Positions 31,162 through 44,106 of a DNA stretch of 64,000 nt are shown piece by piece. Position 1 is the stretch's first letter. Every line of letters begins with the position of its first letter. Below the pieces are notes generated by a model. The model did no database searches and had not been told where the DNA came from. It saw only the letters and a list, made by a program, of their open reading frames with translations. Source of the DNA: Microbotryum violaceum (Eukaryota); the NCBI GenBank assembly GCA_001244265.2, contig CDLV01000015.1, positions 806,001-870,000 of the forward strand, in the 5' to 3' direction. Made by a program: the position numbers and the translations under genes.

Positions 31162-31617
31162 GGGCATGGGCATGGGCATGAAACATGAAGGACGGGAGTG
31201 ATGATACCAGAGTGTTTCACGAATGGGTTCATGTTGGCTCTTTGTTGAAACAGTTGCGATTACCTTGGGTTTGTGTTTAGATCGGCTTCCTTCGCCGGTA
31301 ATGAAAAACCTGGTGTTGTACGAATAATTATTTGATTATCTCGTCTTTGCTTTCGTGCGTGAGAATTAGTACCGTGGGTCCGTGGTGATGAGATGACAAA
31401 TATGTGCAAAAGACGAGATGAGAGCATTCGTTAGGCGAGTACGTTGTAGGAATATTCAGCAGCAAGGGAAAGAAGGTTGAAAAGCGCGAGGTTCGTGAAA
31501 TGTACTGATGGAAGAAAAGCTGAGGGTCACGAAGCGAAGCAGAAAGAAAACAAACAGGAGGCAGAGTGAAGAAGTCGTCCATTCGTCGGCCAAAAAAAAA
31601 CCAATCACTCCCTCCCC

Positions 31618-33019
31618 TCAACAAACGACACATCCACACCCGCTTCTCTCTCTCTCCTCCCGACTCTTCACGGGTCCGACCCTATTACTTCCGACCATCC
31701 TCGCCTCGTTCGCGCCATTCATTCTCCGTGCTGAAGTTTCGTTCGTTGTTCGGACTAACATCGCCTGCCGAGTAGCCGATTCAAACACCTCGTCTACACC
31801 TTCGTTGAACAAAGCGGAGGTCTCAAAGAAGGCTTTGGCGCCGATTTCGCGCGCGGTTTCTTCGCCCTATTTGGGGGGGGGGGGGGGAGTCCAGTCAAAA
31901 GATGCTAGAGTTAGGTTAATCGCTTCAAGGAGACATGGGCTCAACTTGATCACGCTTTTTTCTCACCTCTTGTGTACTAATACACCGCGCCGGGCTCTGA
32001 TTCCCATCCCTGAGATCCTTCTTCAACCCGACCAAAAGTACGGGCACGTCTTTGAGGTGGGCGCGTACTTCTTCGATCCATTTCGTTGTGACGTTCTCGA
32101 GTGAGTCGGGGGAGTCGACAGCGTAGCAGATGAGGATGACGTGCGCCGAGGCATAGGATAAGGGTCTTAGACGCTGTGTGTGGGGGGAGGAGGATGAGGA
32201 TGAGGAGAGGGAGCTGATTAGTCAAGGTGGTGGGGTCAGACATCAATAGTACGGTGGGACGAACTTCGAATGATTCTTGACCTCTGTACGAGTCATCGCG
32301 AAAAACGTGGAGTAAATTAGTATGGAGGGGAAATCAGGCAGCACGGGTCTCGACTCTTTCGCCGGGGGGGCAATCCTCCTCGTATACGAGCGACGACTCA
32401 CGCCGTATCCCACAACGCCAACTGAACGGCCTTTCCATCCAACCGAATCTCTGCGACGTAGTTCTGTGCGAATGGCCAACAGCGCAGATCAGCCTTTTTT
32501 TCTCCGGGATTGGCTAAACTGTGTCCCCGGGACGTACCTCGAATATGGTGGGTTCGTACTCTTGTGGGAACTCTCCCATTGAAAAGACTGCACGAGATAG
32601 GAAATCCCAAGTCAGTGACCCTCTATCCGTGCCCATGGCTGTAACCTCCTTTCTCATCGCGCAGACCGAAGGAGGCCGTGTCTCGTCGTCTCTGTCGTCG
32701 TCTGCCCCGCGTTATCGGCCGTGCTCGCGCTGACGTGACGTGCGAAACCGACGTGGAGGGTCGACCCAGGCCAGGACCGAGCGAGCGAGCGAGCGGAGCG
32801 ACGTTCAAGTTGCCCGTAGAAAACCAACGAGACCGTACCTGATAACAAGGAGGTCTTGCCAGTCGCTCCGTCACCTACGACCACGAGCTTTCGTTTTGTC
32901 TGTTTCGAAAAAGGATTCGGTACCCAGATGGGAGAGTCAGTTTGCGTTGAAGCGGAGACAAGAGGGGGGACGGGTATCAGTGCCCCAAGGGATAAGGAGC
33001 GTACGGGTTCGGGTGCCAT
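31618..33019 (-). CDS. RHO2: Rho-family small GTPase, Rho2-like
   Basis: [64 protein letters not shown] and C-terminal CGCVVC*. Six exons including a 19-nt microexon at 32265-32283. Confidence 0.9.
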
Positions 33020-33759
33020 GATGGGGAACTAGGGGTTGTGCGATAAAGAAATGAGCCGCTATCGTAGTCAGTCGACCGATTCAGATTCAAGGGAGGGGCT
33101 TCGCGGGGCAGGGGAGATCGTTGACCGACGACGACGACGACGTGTGAGACGGCTGTGAGGCCGGGACGAGCAGAGTGGGGCGTGTGTGTTGGGAGGGAAG
33201 CCACTTGGGTGATTAGCAAAGTGTCGTCCAAAGAATCAAAGTGTTTCTCGCTAGTACCCGGAGGCGGTGTGGGGTATGTATGTTGTGTCAAACAGAGGAG
33301 AGCGACCGTAGCTCAGCGGCACCGGTGCGTGCGCCCCCGAGCCCCGAGCTCTGCCAGGAAATAATGACGACCCCGTGAGCTTCTCGCATTCACGCGCATG
33401 TTCTTTCAAGCTCAACATCACGGTGGTTGCCGCAAATTGAACATGACTGGGCACACCGCCGCTTTTTTGTTGGTCGCAAAATCTGGGGACATGGTCAGAC
33501 TTTTTCTCAGAGTGTACTACTATCTTTGGACGCGATAACACGGGTGGTGAAATAATATAACCAGCCGTCCGGATATTGTCGAGGTGCGCGATTGATCGAT
33601 CACTCACTGATGACCTCGAGATTACGTTCAAGGAGCATATACTTAAAATAGCCCAGTCAACCCAGGGAAAACCATTTTTGGCGAAAAATAACGATGGTGT
33701 TTAATGAGACCCCAACAACATCGACATCCCTCACCTGCTATTTACCGAAGCTTCACTAT

Positions 33760-34787
33760 GGAGCTTTGAGATAAATCGGAAACTGCGTCCGATGCAGAGT
33801 GAACGGAAGCTCAGCCGATGACCCTGTCTTGAACGTGATCCGCGGCAACAAAACGGGTTGTCCAGTATGATCTCCTGTGAGAATGATGGCTTCGAGCAGG
33901 CGGGTGTGTAACCGAGTTAACAACAGTCTTGCCGCTGCACAGCCCCGCGGCGGGGTCCAAAGTTCTGAGGAGCATGACGGGACATCCCACTTTGAATGTT
34001 GCAGCGCGCAACGCCATCCCGGCGATGTTGAGACTCTGAAGGTACTCGATCGAGAACAGTGAATCGTCTTCGGTTTCGACCGAATCCGCGCTGTAGAACG
34101 TTTGAGCATCATCCGGCAGCAGGTTGAGCACCGTGTCGTTGATCCGATCCACCTGCGAATTTTTGGGCTCCAGAATTGCTCGATCTCGGAAGTATTCGAC
34201 TTTCCGCGTATATTGACATATTGTCCATTCGAGCGCGGGGACGGGATAAACGTGTCTGATCAACCCGGATCTGCTCCGCTTTTAGGCAGACAAACATGCG
34301 TCTTCAGGCCGCTGCAGACCGCATGACCGAAACGGAACGGGCAAAGGCACAGGGCTTCGGAGTTGGAGACGGCTCGGCGAACAAAACAGGAGACTCTATC
34401 GCGCTCCCACGTGAGCTTCTCCTGCCGGCGACCACGAGGAACAGATCCGGTATAATCAGACACGTCGTTCCCGTCCCCGCGCTCGAACTGGACAACATGT
34501 CAATAGGCGAAAAAATCGAATACTTCCGAGATCGGGCAATTCTGGCGCACAAGAATCCGCAAGTGGATCAAATTAACGACATGATGCTCGACCTGCTGCC
34601 GGGTGACGCTCAAACGTTCTACAGCGCGGATTCGTCTAAAAGACAGGCAAGGACTACTACTTACAGAGAGATGCAGCACCTCAACTTCCCCCCAGAAGGC
34701 AGCATTCATGATGACGATTTGTGTAGGCGATGACTTGGGAATGTCGGGAAGGCATTGCTTCGAATCCCCTGTGATGTTACAGTCCAA
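33760..34787. mobile_element. Degenerate, rearranged Helitron RepHel (PIF1-like helicase) fragments
   Basis: Helitron helicase-like motifs: GDSKQCLP (- strand); TNMRL...VGDG and [25 protein letters not shown] (+ strand); RAILEPKN...EYLQSL...[17 protein letters not shown] and LPRI...RTQFP (- strand). Frameshifts throughout. Confidence 0.88.
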
Positions 34788-35162
34788 CCGGTCAGTTAGT
34801 CATGCTGCCCTGCGCTTTGCTTTTGAAAGATTGGCACACACCTGCCAGCGCGACTGTCACGGGATGGTGAGCCGCAATACATGAGGTGCGATGAGAAAGG
34901 TGTGAAGAGCAGGAGGGAGAAAGATGGAGAAGCCAGCGCCTCAGTTTCAAGCGGGCTCATAGAATGTAGCGGAAGGCCGCGGAACGTCGTGGAGTAAAGC
35001 CCAGTGTCGGCAAGCCGTAACACGCTGGCGGGGCTTCCTAACGGCGGAATTGGCGCACTGGCCGACACTACCCGAGGTCTGGCATATATTTCGGCAGTGG
35101 CAGGAACTGGATGATTGAAGGAACTACGCTACGATGTGGTAGACACGCAAGATAGGTCGTTT

Positions 35163-35340
35163 CAGTCTGCTTCGGGAAGCAGAGAGTCATGTGCCAGTGT
35201 AGGCTGCTTTGATGGAAAATGGAACCTCGGCGAAACGGAAACAGCGCTAGCGAGCTCGGGCCGACATGCAAAACAGTCTGCTTCGGGACACAGAGAGTCA
35301 CGTGCTATTTAATGGAATCTCGGCGAACGTAGGCGAAACG
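35163..35340. repeat. Degenerate tandem duplication, ~110 bp period
   Basis: CAGTCTGCTTCGGGA..CAGAGAGTCAYGTGC...ATGGAAYCTCGGCGAA occurs from ~35163 and again from ~35274. Confidence 0.75.
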
Positions 35341-35851
35341 GTTTGTCGCTGGCCGACCCATGCTGAAACGGCGCTACTAGCTGAGATCGCTGGGAGCGCT
35401 GGACCGAGAGCTGCTTATGTCTTCCGAGTCACGCTGCTCTGACCAGATGGAGCACAACGCATGAATTCAGCGCTCTGCTATCAAAGTGTATCAGTGCCCC
35501 AGCCTCCAGCATACTTTATCATACAGCTAGGGATTTGCCGTAACCATTCGCGCCAATTCGTTTGAAAAAGCTGGGTTTTCGGTATGCCATGCTTTGGGGT
35601 GCATCATTCCTCAATTCAATTCCTAAGAGTTTTGAAACGCTTTCGAGCGTCGGACCTCTTTCATAATGTGCCGAGAGAAAGCAGCCCCGGCCGACGGCGG
35701 TCGGGTTTGGTTCGACCTTCGCTCCGGCGCTTACATCCAGCTTGACCCTCCCTCCTGCCATCCTGCCATCCTCCCTCCGCTATCGCAGTGCACCATTGAC
35801 TAAAAATACACCCAGTACACGGGTTATTGACCCCTTACCTTACCCTCCCCC

Positions 35852-38818
35852 ATGCCTCGTCATATCGTGTTCGACGATGCGCCGGAGGACGTTCGAGTCG
35901 CTATCGCTTCAACTTTGAAAGCCAAGTCCACTTCCACCTTCGTCAAACCAGTACTGAATAGTAAAGTACCAACAATCGTCAAGGATGGGCAAAAAAGTTC
36001 GAACTTGATGGATAAGCTTGAGGGGGAGAAGAAGCTTTCGCTCGAACAAGGTCAAAGTCCGCCTCCGTCGCCCTCTACCCAGATCGAGATCGCGACCGAG
36101 AACAAAGCTGTGAAACGACCTCGAATTAGTTCCAAGTCGAGTGGGAACGTCGTAGGATTTCATGAATCCGATGAAGAGGACCTCAAACATCAAGCCAAAC
36201 GTTTTGCCGCAAACGGGAGTGGGAACGTTGCGGAGGAAAGGAGCAAACGGAAAGAGGTGGCCAAAAGTCTAGAGAAAGGGAGGATGGAGTTGCCCATTTG
36301 GCAAGGGAAGAGATCAATCTTGAAGAGTTTGGAGGAGAATGATACGGTCGTGATTTTGGGGGAGACGGGTAGTGGGAAAACGACTCGTATGTTTTTATGG
36401 CGCGCGGCGAACGAATTCTTCGAATTTGAATCCAAGGGCTCATTTTTTCAGCCTTTCGATTCTTTCACAGAGGTTCCTCAATTCATTCTCAACTCATCTA
36501 CACCATGTGCATCACCAAGGATAGCCGTCACCCAACCTCGTCGAGTCGCAGCGACCTCTCTCGCCTCTCGCGTTTCCGCCGAAATAGGTTGCAAACTCGG
36601 TGGTCTAGTCGGGTACACCGTCCGATTCGACGATCGATCGACCCCCGCGACTAGATTGAAGTACATGACCGACGGAGCGTTGTTGGCGGAGATGTTGGGC
36701 GATCGGGATTTACTGAGGTATGATGTGGTCATTCTGGACGAGGCGCATGAGAGGAGCTTGAGGACGGATATGTTGTTGGGGTTCTTGAAGGGGATTCAAA
36801 AGAGGAGGAGGGAGAGGGTGATGAGGTGGAGCAAGGGGAAGAAGAAGGGTAAGAGTAGGAGAGGGGAGGACGGTGAAGAGGGGGAGGAGAAGGAACCGAC
36901 AGATTTGAAGATCGTCGTCATGAGTGCCACGATCGACGCCAAGCGGTTCAGCGACTTTTTTGATGGGTGGGTGCGAGCAGCGACCAGGAGGGGGAGGAAC
37001 AAAAGACTGATTCATTGTGATGATTCAGTGCGCCGGTACTCTACGTCAAAGGTCGTCAACACGCCGTGACGATCATGTACTCCGAGGAACCCCAAGTCGA
37101 TTACCTCGACGCTGCGCTCAAAGTGATCTTCCAACTTCACATGAGGTCCGAATCACAACTCAGAGGCGATATCCTCGTTTTTTTACCGGGTCAGGATGAT
37201 ATCGATGCGTTGGGTGTGTCGATCAAGTCGTATGCCAAGGATTTGGTTGTGTCCCATCCTGAACATGATGCGGTGAGTTCAATCTTCGTCGGGTACCCCG
37301 CACCCCAAGCTTAGCCGCAGCTGATACCATACCCGTCTACTGCTGCAGATCCTCGTTTGTCCGCTCTACGCCAAACTTTCTCCCGCTGAACAAGCCAAAG
37401 CGTTCATCCCGACCCCCACCCATACCCGCAAAGTCATCCTCGCGACCAACGTCGCCGAGACATCCATCACGATCCCGGGGATTCGGTTCGTCATTGATAC
37501 GGGTCTGGCTAAGGAGAAGCAGTATCACGCTTCGGTTGGTGAGTGCGCGATTTCGAAGTTCGAGATATCGAGCTTTCTGAACTGATGAATATCGATCAAG
37601 CACAGGTATCGACTCGCTGGTCTCTGAACCGATCTCCCAGTCCTCGGCTCTTCAAAGGACGGGTCGAGCCGGTCGTGAAGGTCCGGGCGTCTGTTTCCGA
37701 CTCTACACCGAAGAATTCTTCTACACCCTTCCCCGGACGACCAAACCGGAGATTCAACGCGTTTCTCTCACTTTCGCTCTCTTGCATCTCCTCGCTGCTG
37801 GACAAGGGGATGTATGGTCCTTCGACTTTATGGATCGACCGGAGAGGGATTCGATCACTTTTGCTTTGTTGACGTTGCATGGTTTAGGAGCTTTGGATAA
37901 GAAAGGGCAAATCACACCCTTGGGTAAACGAATGGCTTCACTCCCTCTCGACCCTATTTACGCCAAAGTCCTTCTTACTTCCTTCGAAGAATCTTGTCCA
38001 AGAAGGATTATCGACCTCGTCGCTCTCTTAGGTTCCAAAGATCAACTCTTCATCTCGACCTTTGCAACAAGGGAAGAAGCGAATAAAGCCCGAACGAAAT
38101 TTCGTCATCGTTCTGGAGACCATTGGACTTTATTGAATGTGCTTCAAGCGTACGAAGGGATTCAAGGTACCGAACAGAGGAAGGAATGGTGTCGCGCGAA
38201 TTTTGTGAATCATCGTGCGATGGTGCAGGTTTTGGATGCGAGGAAACAGGTTAGGGATAGGTGTGAGGGATTAGGATTGGAGTGGGATGTGGAAGGGGAG
38301 GGGGAGGGGAAAGGTGGGGAGGAGGAGGAGGAGGAGAGGGTTTTGGCGAGTTTGATTGCGGGCTTGTTCGCGAATTCGGCGTTGTTGCAGCCGGATGGGT
38401 CGTACAGACATACGATCTCGAGACAGGTTAGTTTCAGGTTGAGTTTGAGTTCATCGAGGAGAGGGGAAGAGCCGAGCCTGAGTTTTTCCAAACCTGCAGC
38501 CGATCATGATCCACCCTGGCTCGACCTTGCATAACAAAAAAGTCCCTGCGATCGTGTACGACGAGCTCGTAAGTGCTTAGGTCATATCCCACGGGCACAA
38601 ATTTGTGGTTCTGGCTAATCGGTTCGAGCTTGCTGCTTCAGGTCCTGACAACCAAGACCTACGCTCGTGGAGTATCGGCGATTTTGCCAATGTGGTTGAG
38701 AACTAAGGTACGTCTCTCGTGGTCGTGGGGGTAGGAGAACGGAAAGGCATAAAGCTGATGTTGATTTCATTTATATCTCCAGGCGCCGACAGTGTTCAAT
38801 GCCAAGGAAGGGAAATGA
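35852..38818 (+). CDS. DEAH-box RNA helicase, DHX33/Dhr2/Prh1-like
   Basis: Motifs GETGSGKTT, TQPRRVAA, DEAHERS, MSAT, LVFLPGQ, LATNVAETSITI and QRTGRAGR, followed by HA2/OB-fold-like C-terminal exons. Last exon 38783-38818. Subfamily assignment is inference. Confidence 0.92.
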
Positions 38819-39384
38819 CACGCTCAAGCTGGTTGGGCTGAACGTCTTTGGAGTAGGAACTGCGTTCATCTTATCGGAGGAACCTGTAATATGGTGTTTT
38901 CTCCCACGCTCAAAAAAATGTGAACTACGCGAAGCTACTACGATGCTCGGATGCGAATCGAGAACACCACTCTTCAAAGCTATTGAAAATGGCCTGGTAC
39001 CTGAGGGGTGCTCAATCTTCTCACAGGAATACTGTGCAGCGCAGGTGGCTCGTCAGGCCCTGTCCCAGGGATTCTTCATGATGTACACTCCTTTCAAGCA
39101 TGATCATAGCTCCGATCGCGTCTCCTGAGGACAAGAGTCCAGTCGCTGACTCCCGAGTCGGGCTGTGCAATCCCCGAACAGGAGTTAGGAAGCGGTCCGA
39201 GCTCAAACGCCGAGCTCAAACGCTTCGATCGGCGGTCGTTCGATGCGAGTGCGGCTCGGTTTCGGCTCTCGTCGTCTGCCATCATCACCATCATCCATCT
39301 CCGACACACCCATCCCCCACCTCGTAGTAGCACAGCCCATACAGGCCTCGCTCCTTACCCTCTTCCTCATCCCCTTCCCCTACA

Positions 39385-40760
39385 ATGGGTCGCCCAACAC
39401 CCCGCCCGTCGTCGTCGTCGTCGTCGCTCCCCACGCTCGCAGCATGGACCACTTTGACAGTCTCGACGCTGCTCCTCCTTCTGACCGCGACGCCTTGCGA
39501 GGCCGCACAGGACTTTACTTCGAACTTGACCAATTGGGAGGGGACATGGTCGACGGGCACAGGAGCGGTCGTTACGGGTCCGGTGAGTCGACGCTGCTAG
39601 GTTGTGGTGGACGGCGTGGTGAAGGCACGGGTGAGGCGTGTACGTGTGTGTGTGTGTGCCCAGCGAGGCCCAGCATGGCGCGCGGCGGCGGTGTTGTTGG
39701 CTAATGCGCGGTCGACCCCTGGTAGGATTCAGGCGCATGGCAGACAGGGGATGAGCATTGCGGGGAGTATGTGAGGGACCATAGAGCGACAGATGGTAGA
39801 ATGGTCTGATAGTGGAGGACGTTGTGATGACGGTACGGTGATTGCTCCTGGTGGTCGATCAGTTGTGCGCCAGGCATCGTCCAGGTGAACGTACACCATC
39901 AGCGCGCCCAGCCTTCACCTTGACCGCTTCGGACGAGCACCACGCTCCGCTCTCAAGACACGCACCGGACTGCTCATCATATCAAAGACACTCCCAGGAG
40001 CAGACTCTAATCACACCGAACATGTTCACTGCCTGCAGGGCTTTGCGGATCCAATGAACAACAACAAGCCGTTCAGGTACCCGACTAACACCGGCATCTC
40101 CTACTCGTTCACCAACGACGGCTACTTTGAGGAATCCCAGTACCGCTTCTTGGGTAATGGTCAGTTTCAGAATCGGCGTGGACTGGCACTTTGCGACGCG
40201 GTCGTCGGTCGACTCGGCGCTTTGACCCCCCTGACACCCTACCCTCTCTTTACGCATAGGCTCGAAACCTACCTGCTCGAAAGCCGTCGCGATCTGGCAA
40301 CACGGTCGTTACTATTTTCATGACAACGGTTCCGTCACGATGGACCCAAGCATCTTCTCCGCCGACGGACGCGTGCTCGTCCAGGATCCTTGCGCGGCCC
40401 AGACCGAGATTCTGACCTACTACAACCAGCCTGAACTATTCAACGGGTGGACCATCACGATCGATAATCATCACCAAGCTTATATGCTTCAGTTGATTCG
40501 GTTCGATGGGAGTTATTTCCCGAGGTGCGTGGACCCAAACCGGCGCCGGTGTGGGAGAATGAGGGAGAGAACTCATTCTTCGTTGATCGTGTCCAAGCAG
40601 GTTGTTTTTGACTGTTCGACCACCGACGATGTTGCCGACTGCCGATTTGACCGCTGCAACGTGAGTTGACGCACGCGAACAAAACCCTCCTGAGAAGAGG
40701 ATTGCTTATATTCGTCCTTCGCGTGCTTGCAGAAGCGGCTCGACATCAAAGACGACTTAG
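39385..40760 (+). CDS. ROT1: ER chaperone Rot1-family protein
   Basis: Signal-peptide-like N-terminus; GTWSTGTGAVVTGP|GF, TGISYSFTNDGYFEE, IWQHG, DGRVLVQDPC and PPTMLPT. Introns 39583-40038, ~40160-40259, ~40525-40600, 40661-40732. 3' end is tentative. Confidence 0.88.
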
Positions 40761-41861
40761 AGACCGCGTACACACTATTTTAACGAGCCCAGCTTTTCCC
40801 CATCTGATTAACGACCATCTCCCCGCCACATGCCTGAACAGACAGTGCGTTTCGAATCGACGGCCTTTAACCTCCTTTGGCCAAACTGACGTCGTCAGGT
40901 TGTACGAACTTCGCACAGCTTACTAGCTCCGCAGATGAAAGCCCTCCACGATACGAATTTTTTAGACTTTCCTGTTTCCGATAGACTCCCTCATCAGGAG
41001 TCCTACGTACCATATCGTACCCTACCCTTTTCTTTCTACTTCTACACTTGTTGTGATATCTTTGTCTCTCTTTCTTTCTCTGCTTTCAGAAATCGCCTGG
41101 CTGTCTTCTCGCTCGCTCGTTCGTGCGTTCGGGGGTTTTTTTTTTTGTTTTTTTGCAGCTCTGGAATAAGATGGCTCGTATTTCCTTTCGTGCGATCCAT
41201 CGTCGTGGTGGTCTGGCTTCTTCAACATGGTTTGTGTGAGTATGTGCCTGTCGAAGGTAGGCAGGGTTGAGTGTAAGACCATGCATGATCGATGATCGGG
41301 GATCGAGGATCGGGCAGAATCTTCGTTTTCGCATGAACTTGAGAGCTCAAGGAAAAGACGATGGTGAAAATCGGGGTAGTTCCAGCGTGCGTTTCGAAAG
41401 CTGTTGTTCTATTCAAAGACCCTTTGATGAAGCGTGCCTGGGCTAGGTCGGCTCCATAGTTGACGTTAGCCATAATGGAACAAAGGCGCTGGGAGAGTTC
41501 GGCGCTGGGGCCCGGCGATCTGAGCTATCTGAGTGCCAAATTGGTAGGGAGGGTGTGGCATGCGGTAGCTACTGCCATCTACTACATCCCGTAAATTTGC
41601 TCGTCCCTCCAATACGGCCACCACGAAAGAAGAAGAAAAAAACTAAAAAAAAAAAAACCTAAAATAACACAAGGTCGTGTACTACTGGAGAAATTCGGGA
41701 CTCGGTTTTCAAGTTGGTGATTTATTGATAATCGATCGCGCAAGAAGTTGATCGTCGTCGTTCGTCTTGTCGTCGTGTCGGCCTCGCATCACGCGCTGCC
41801 CTGTCGATTGTTCGTCATCCACCTTCGTCATCGTCTTCATTACCTTTCACTTCGCCGCACG

Positions 41862-44106
41862 ATGAACCTCGACGATGAGATGATGGCTTCCTTGGGAGGG
41901 ATCGAGTACCAACCGATGAATAATCAACACGGGGTTGGGAGTTCGAGTGCGGGCGTCAAGAGGGAATTGGATCGTAAGTCTCGGGCAAGGGGGGGCTTGA
42001 TCTGACGGTGACGTTACGCTTCAAAGGGGGAGTGAAGGGCGCTTAGCAGGAGAAGTGGTGGTGGTGTCATTCGGGTCGTTGAGCGATAGGGATCGTGCCG
42101 AAACAAAACCGAATGAGCGTGTGTACCCATTCTGGTGGTGCAGGACCATACATACACTCAGTCGCTCCAGAAACGAGCGTCGAAGCTAAAGCAAACTGAC
42201 GCGCTCGAACCGCCGCGCATCGTCATCTATTCCTCCTCCTTCTTCACGCGTCCCGTCTTGTACAGTGGTCTTTATCCTCGATTGTACTGGATGTGAGTCT
42301 GTTTTTGTTATTCACATGTTGGGAATCGGCGCGCGGTCACTGACGGGGTCCGTTTCCTCCCTTCGTGCTTCATTTAGCGATGGGATCTTATATCGCCGTT
42401 AGTCACCTCTCGCACTGGCCCACCAAGAGGGGACAGCATCCGTTCCTCTCTCCTTCGGTCTATTCGGGATCAGATCAAAGAGAACTAAACCCAGGCGCCT
42501 TTACTCGTCCCCCACCAGAGCGCAACCAAGAACATCGAACTGATCGTCGAGAACATCCTCGATTCGGGCAAATTGCCGAACCCCGAGGCGTTGAGGATCG
42601 GTTTGATCGCTTACAGGTTAGTCTCGGGATGATCGGTGAAACGGTATAATGGGTGTGTTGACGATATGTTCTGCTCTTTTCTGCCTCGCTTCCTCGGCCG
42701 TCCCGATCTACCCGTGGTGCACAATTTTCACGTTTTCGGCGAATCATCAGGGACTACCCACCTCAAGACAATTCCTACATCACTCGTTCCTTCGATTTCA
42801 CTTCCGACGTCTCATCCGTCAAAGCCGATCTCAAAACGCTCAACGCTTCAGGTGGGGGTGATGGACCGGAAGGCGTGACGGCGGCGATGAAGGCTTCGTT
42901 AGGGTTGAGTTGGAGATTGGGTGGTGGGACGAGTAGGATGGCGGTATTGATTGCCGATGCGCCTTGTCATGGGTTGGGGGAGTGAGTCAGATACGAGAAA
43001 CTTCAGATGAGATGATCGAATTGATGTTTTCTTCGGGCTTTTATGTCAGGTATGGTGATGGGTTTCCTGATGGCGGTCCGGTAAGTTTCTTCGAGTCCTG
43101 ATTTGACTCGTCCGACTCGGCGTCTGAAACCTTCCTTCTGTTTGCCACCTCATCAGGACGAAGAAGACCCACTTGAGATCGCAAGGTTGATGGCACAACA
43201 AGCCATCGGTCTCTTCGTCGTCGCTTGTGAACCCGCATTATCAGGTAAGCATCTTGACCGCGTGACACCTCGGTTCCGTCAAACTAAACCGACCCTTCAT
43301 CAGGCTACCAATTCGGCCTCGACTTTTTCCGCGCCCTGACCGTCATCACCTCCGCCGTCCTGGTCCCTTTAACGACCGCTTCCCTGCTCTCACACGTGAT
43401 CGTTGGTTCCGCACTCGAACAAATGGACATGGAACGCATCATCGAAGAAGTCGGTCTAGTGGTCGCGGAGAGAGTGCACGAGGGACAGGCTTCAGTCGAT
43501 GATATCGCTTTGGAGTTGCACCAAAAGTTGTTATTGAGGGGGGAGGAGACGAAGCAGTTAAAGTTCGAACCGATTCATGTGCGTCACGATCTCGGTCCTG
43601 CTTTGAGATTCAGTCCCGTGGGCTCATAGCTAACTCCTTAACTTGGGTCGAACGGTCGATCCGAATAGCGCGAAACTCCCGAAGCACAACATAACGTTCA
43701 AGTGCTCACCACCTCCCCTACTCTCCAACACGCCAAATCCCAATTGAAAAAGATTGTCGGTAGTCGATTCACGAAGAAATACCTCGAAACGCGCTACAAT
43801 CGAACCGCCTACGTTTACCCTCCCAGCGTACCCCCAAGACCTTCTTCTACCTCTTCTCTAGGCTCGGCAACTTTGAATCCGGGTAGTCCGCAACGAAAAG
43901 TTATTTCAGAATTCAAGCCTTTTGTGGCAAAGGGGAGGATGACGCTTCAGGAAGCGCCGATGGCCGAACAGTTGGACGCGGGAGAGGGGGAGGATGGGGA
44001 TGATGGTGCGGGCGCTATCGAGTTGAGGTTTGGGAATATCAGCTTGGAGCAGGCCAAGAGGATCACGATCGCGAGTGCTTGGAGGACACAACCCCCGAGG
44101 GCTTGA
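41862..44106 (+). CDS. Stand-alone von Willebrand factor A domain protein (resembles the vWA domain of vwkA-type alpha kinases, no kinase domain seen)
   Basis: Spliced: ELD|LVFILDCTG|SMGSYIA|SAT, GLIAY|RDYPPQD, ASGGGDGPE, VLIADAPCHG and YGDGFP. Microexons 42266-42292 and 42378-42397. Confidence 0.85.

Noticed and set aside
31873-31888. Poly-G run as a special element
   Set aside because: It is the poly-C pyrimidine tract before the last RHO2 acceptor on the minus strand.
35163-35340. CRISPR-like array
   Set aside because: Only two degenerate units, eukaryotic context and no cas genes.
39745-39900. Intronic box C/D snoRNA in ROT1 intron 1
   Set aside because: GTGATGA is present, but no suitably placed downstream CTGA, terminal stem or recognisable rRNA guide was found.
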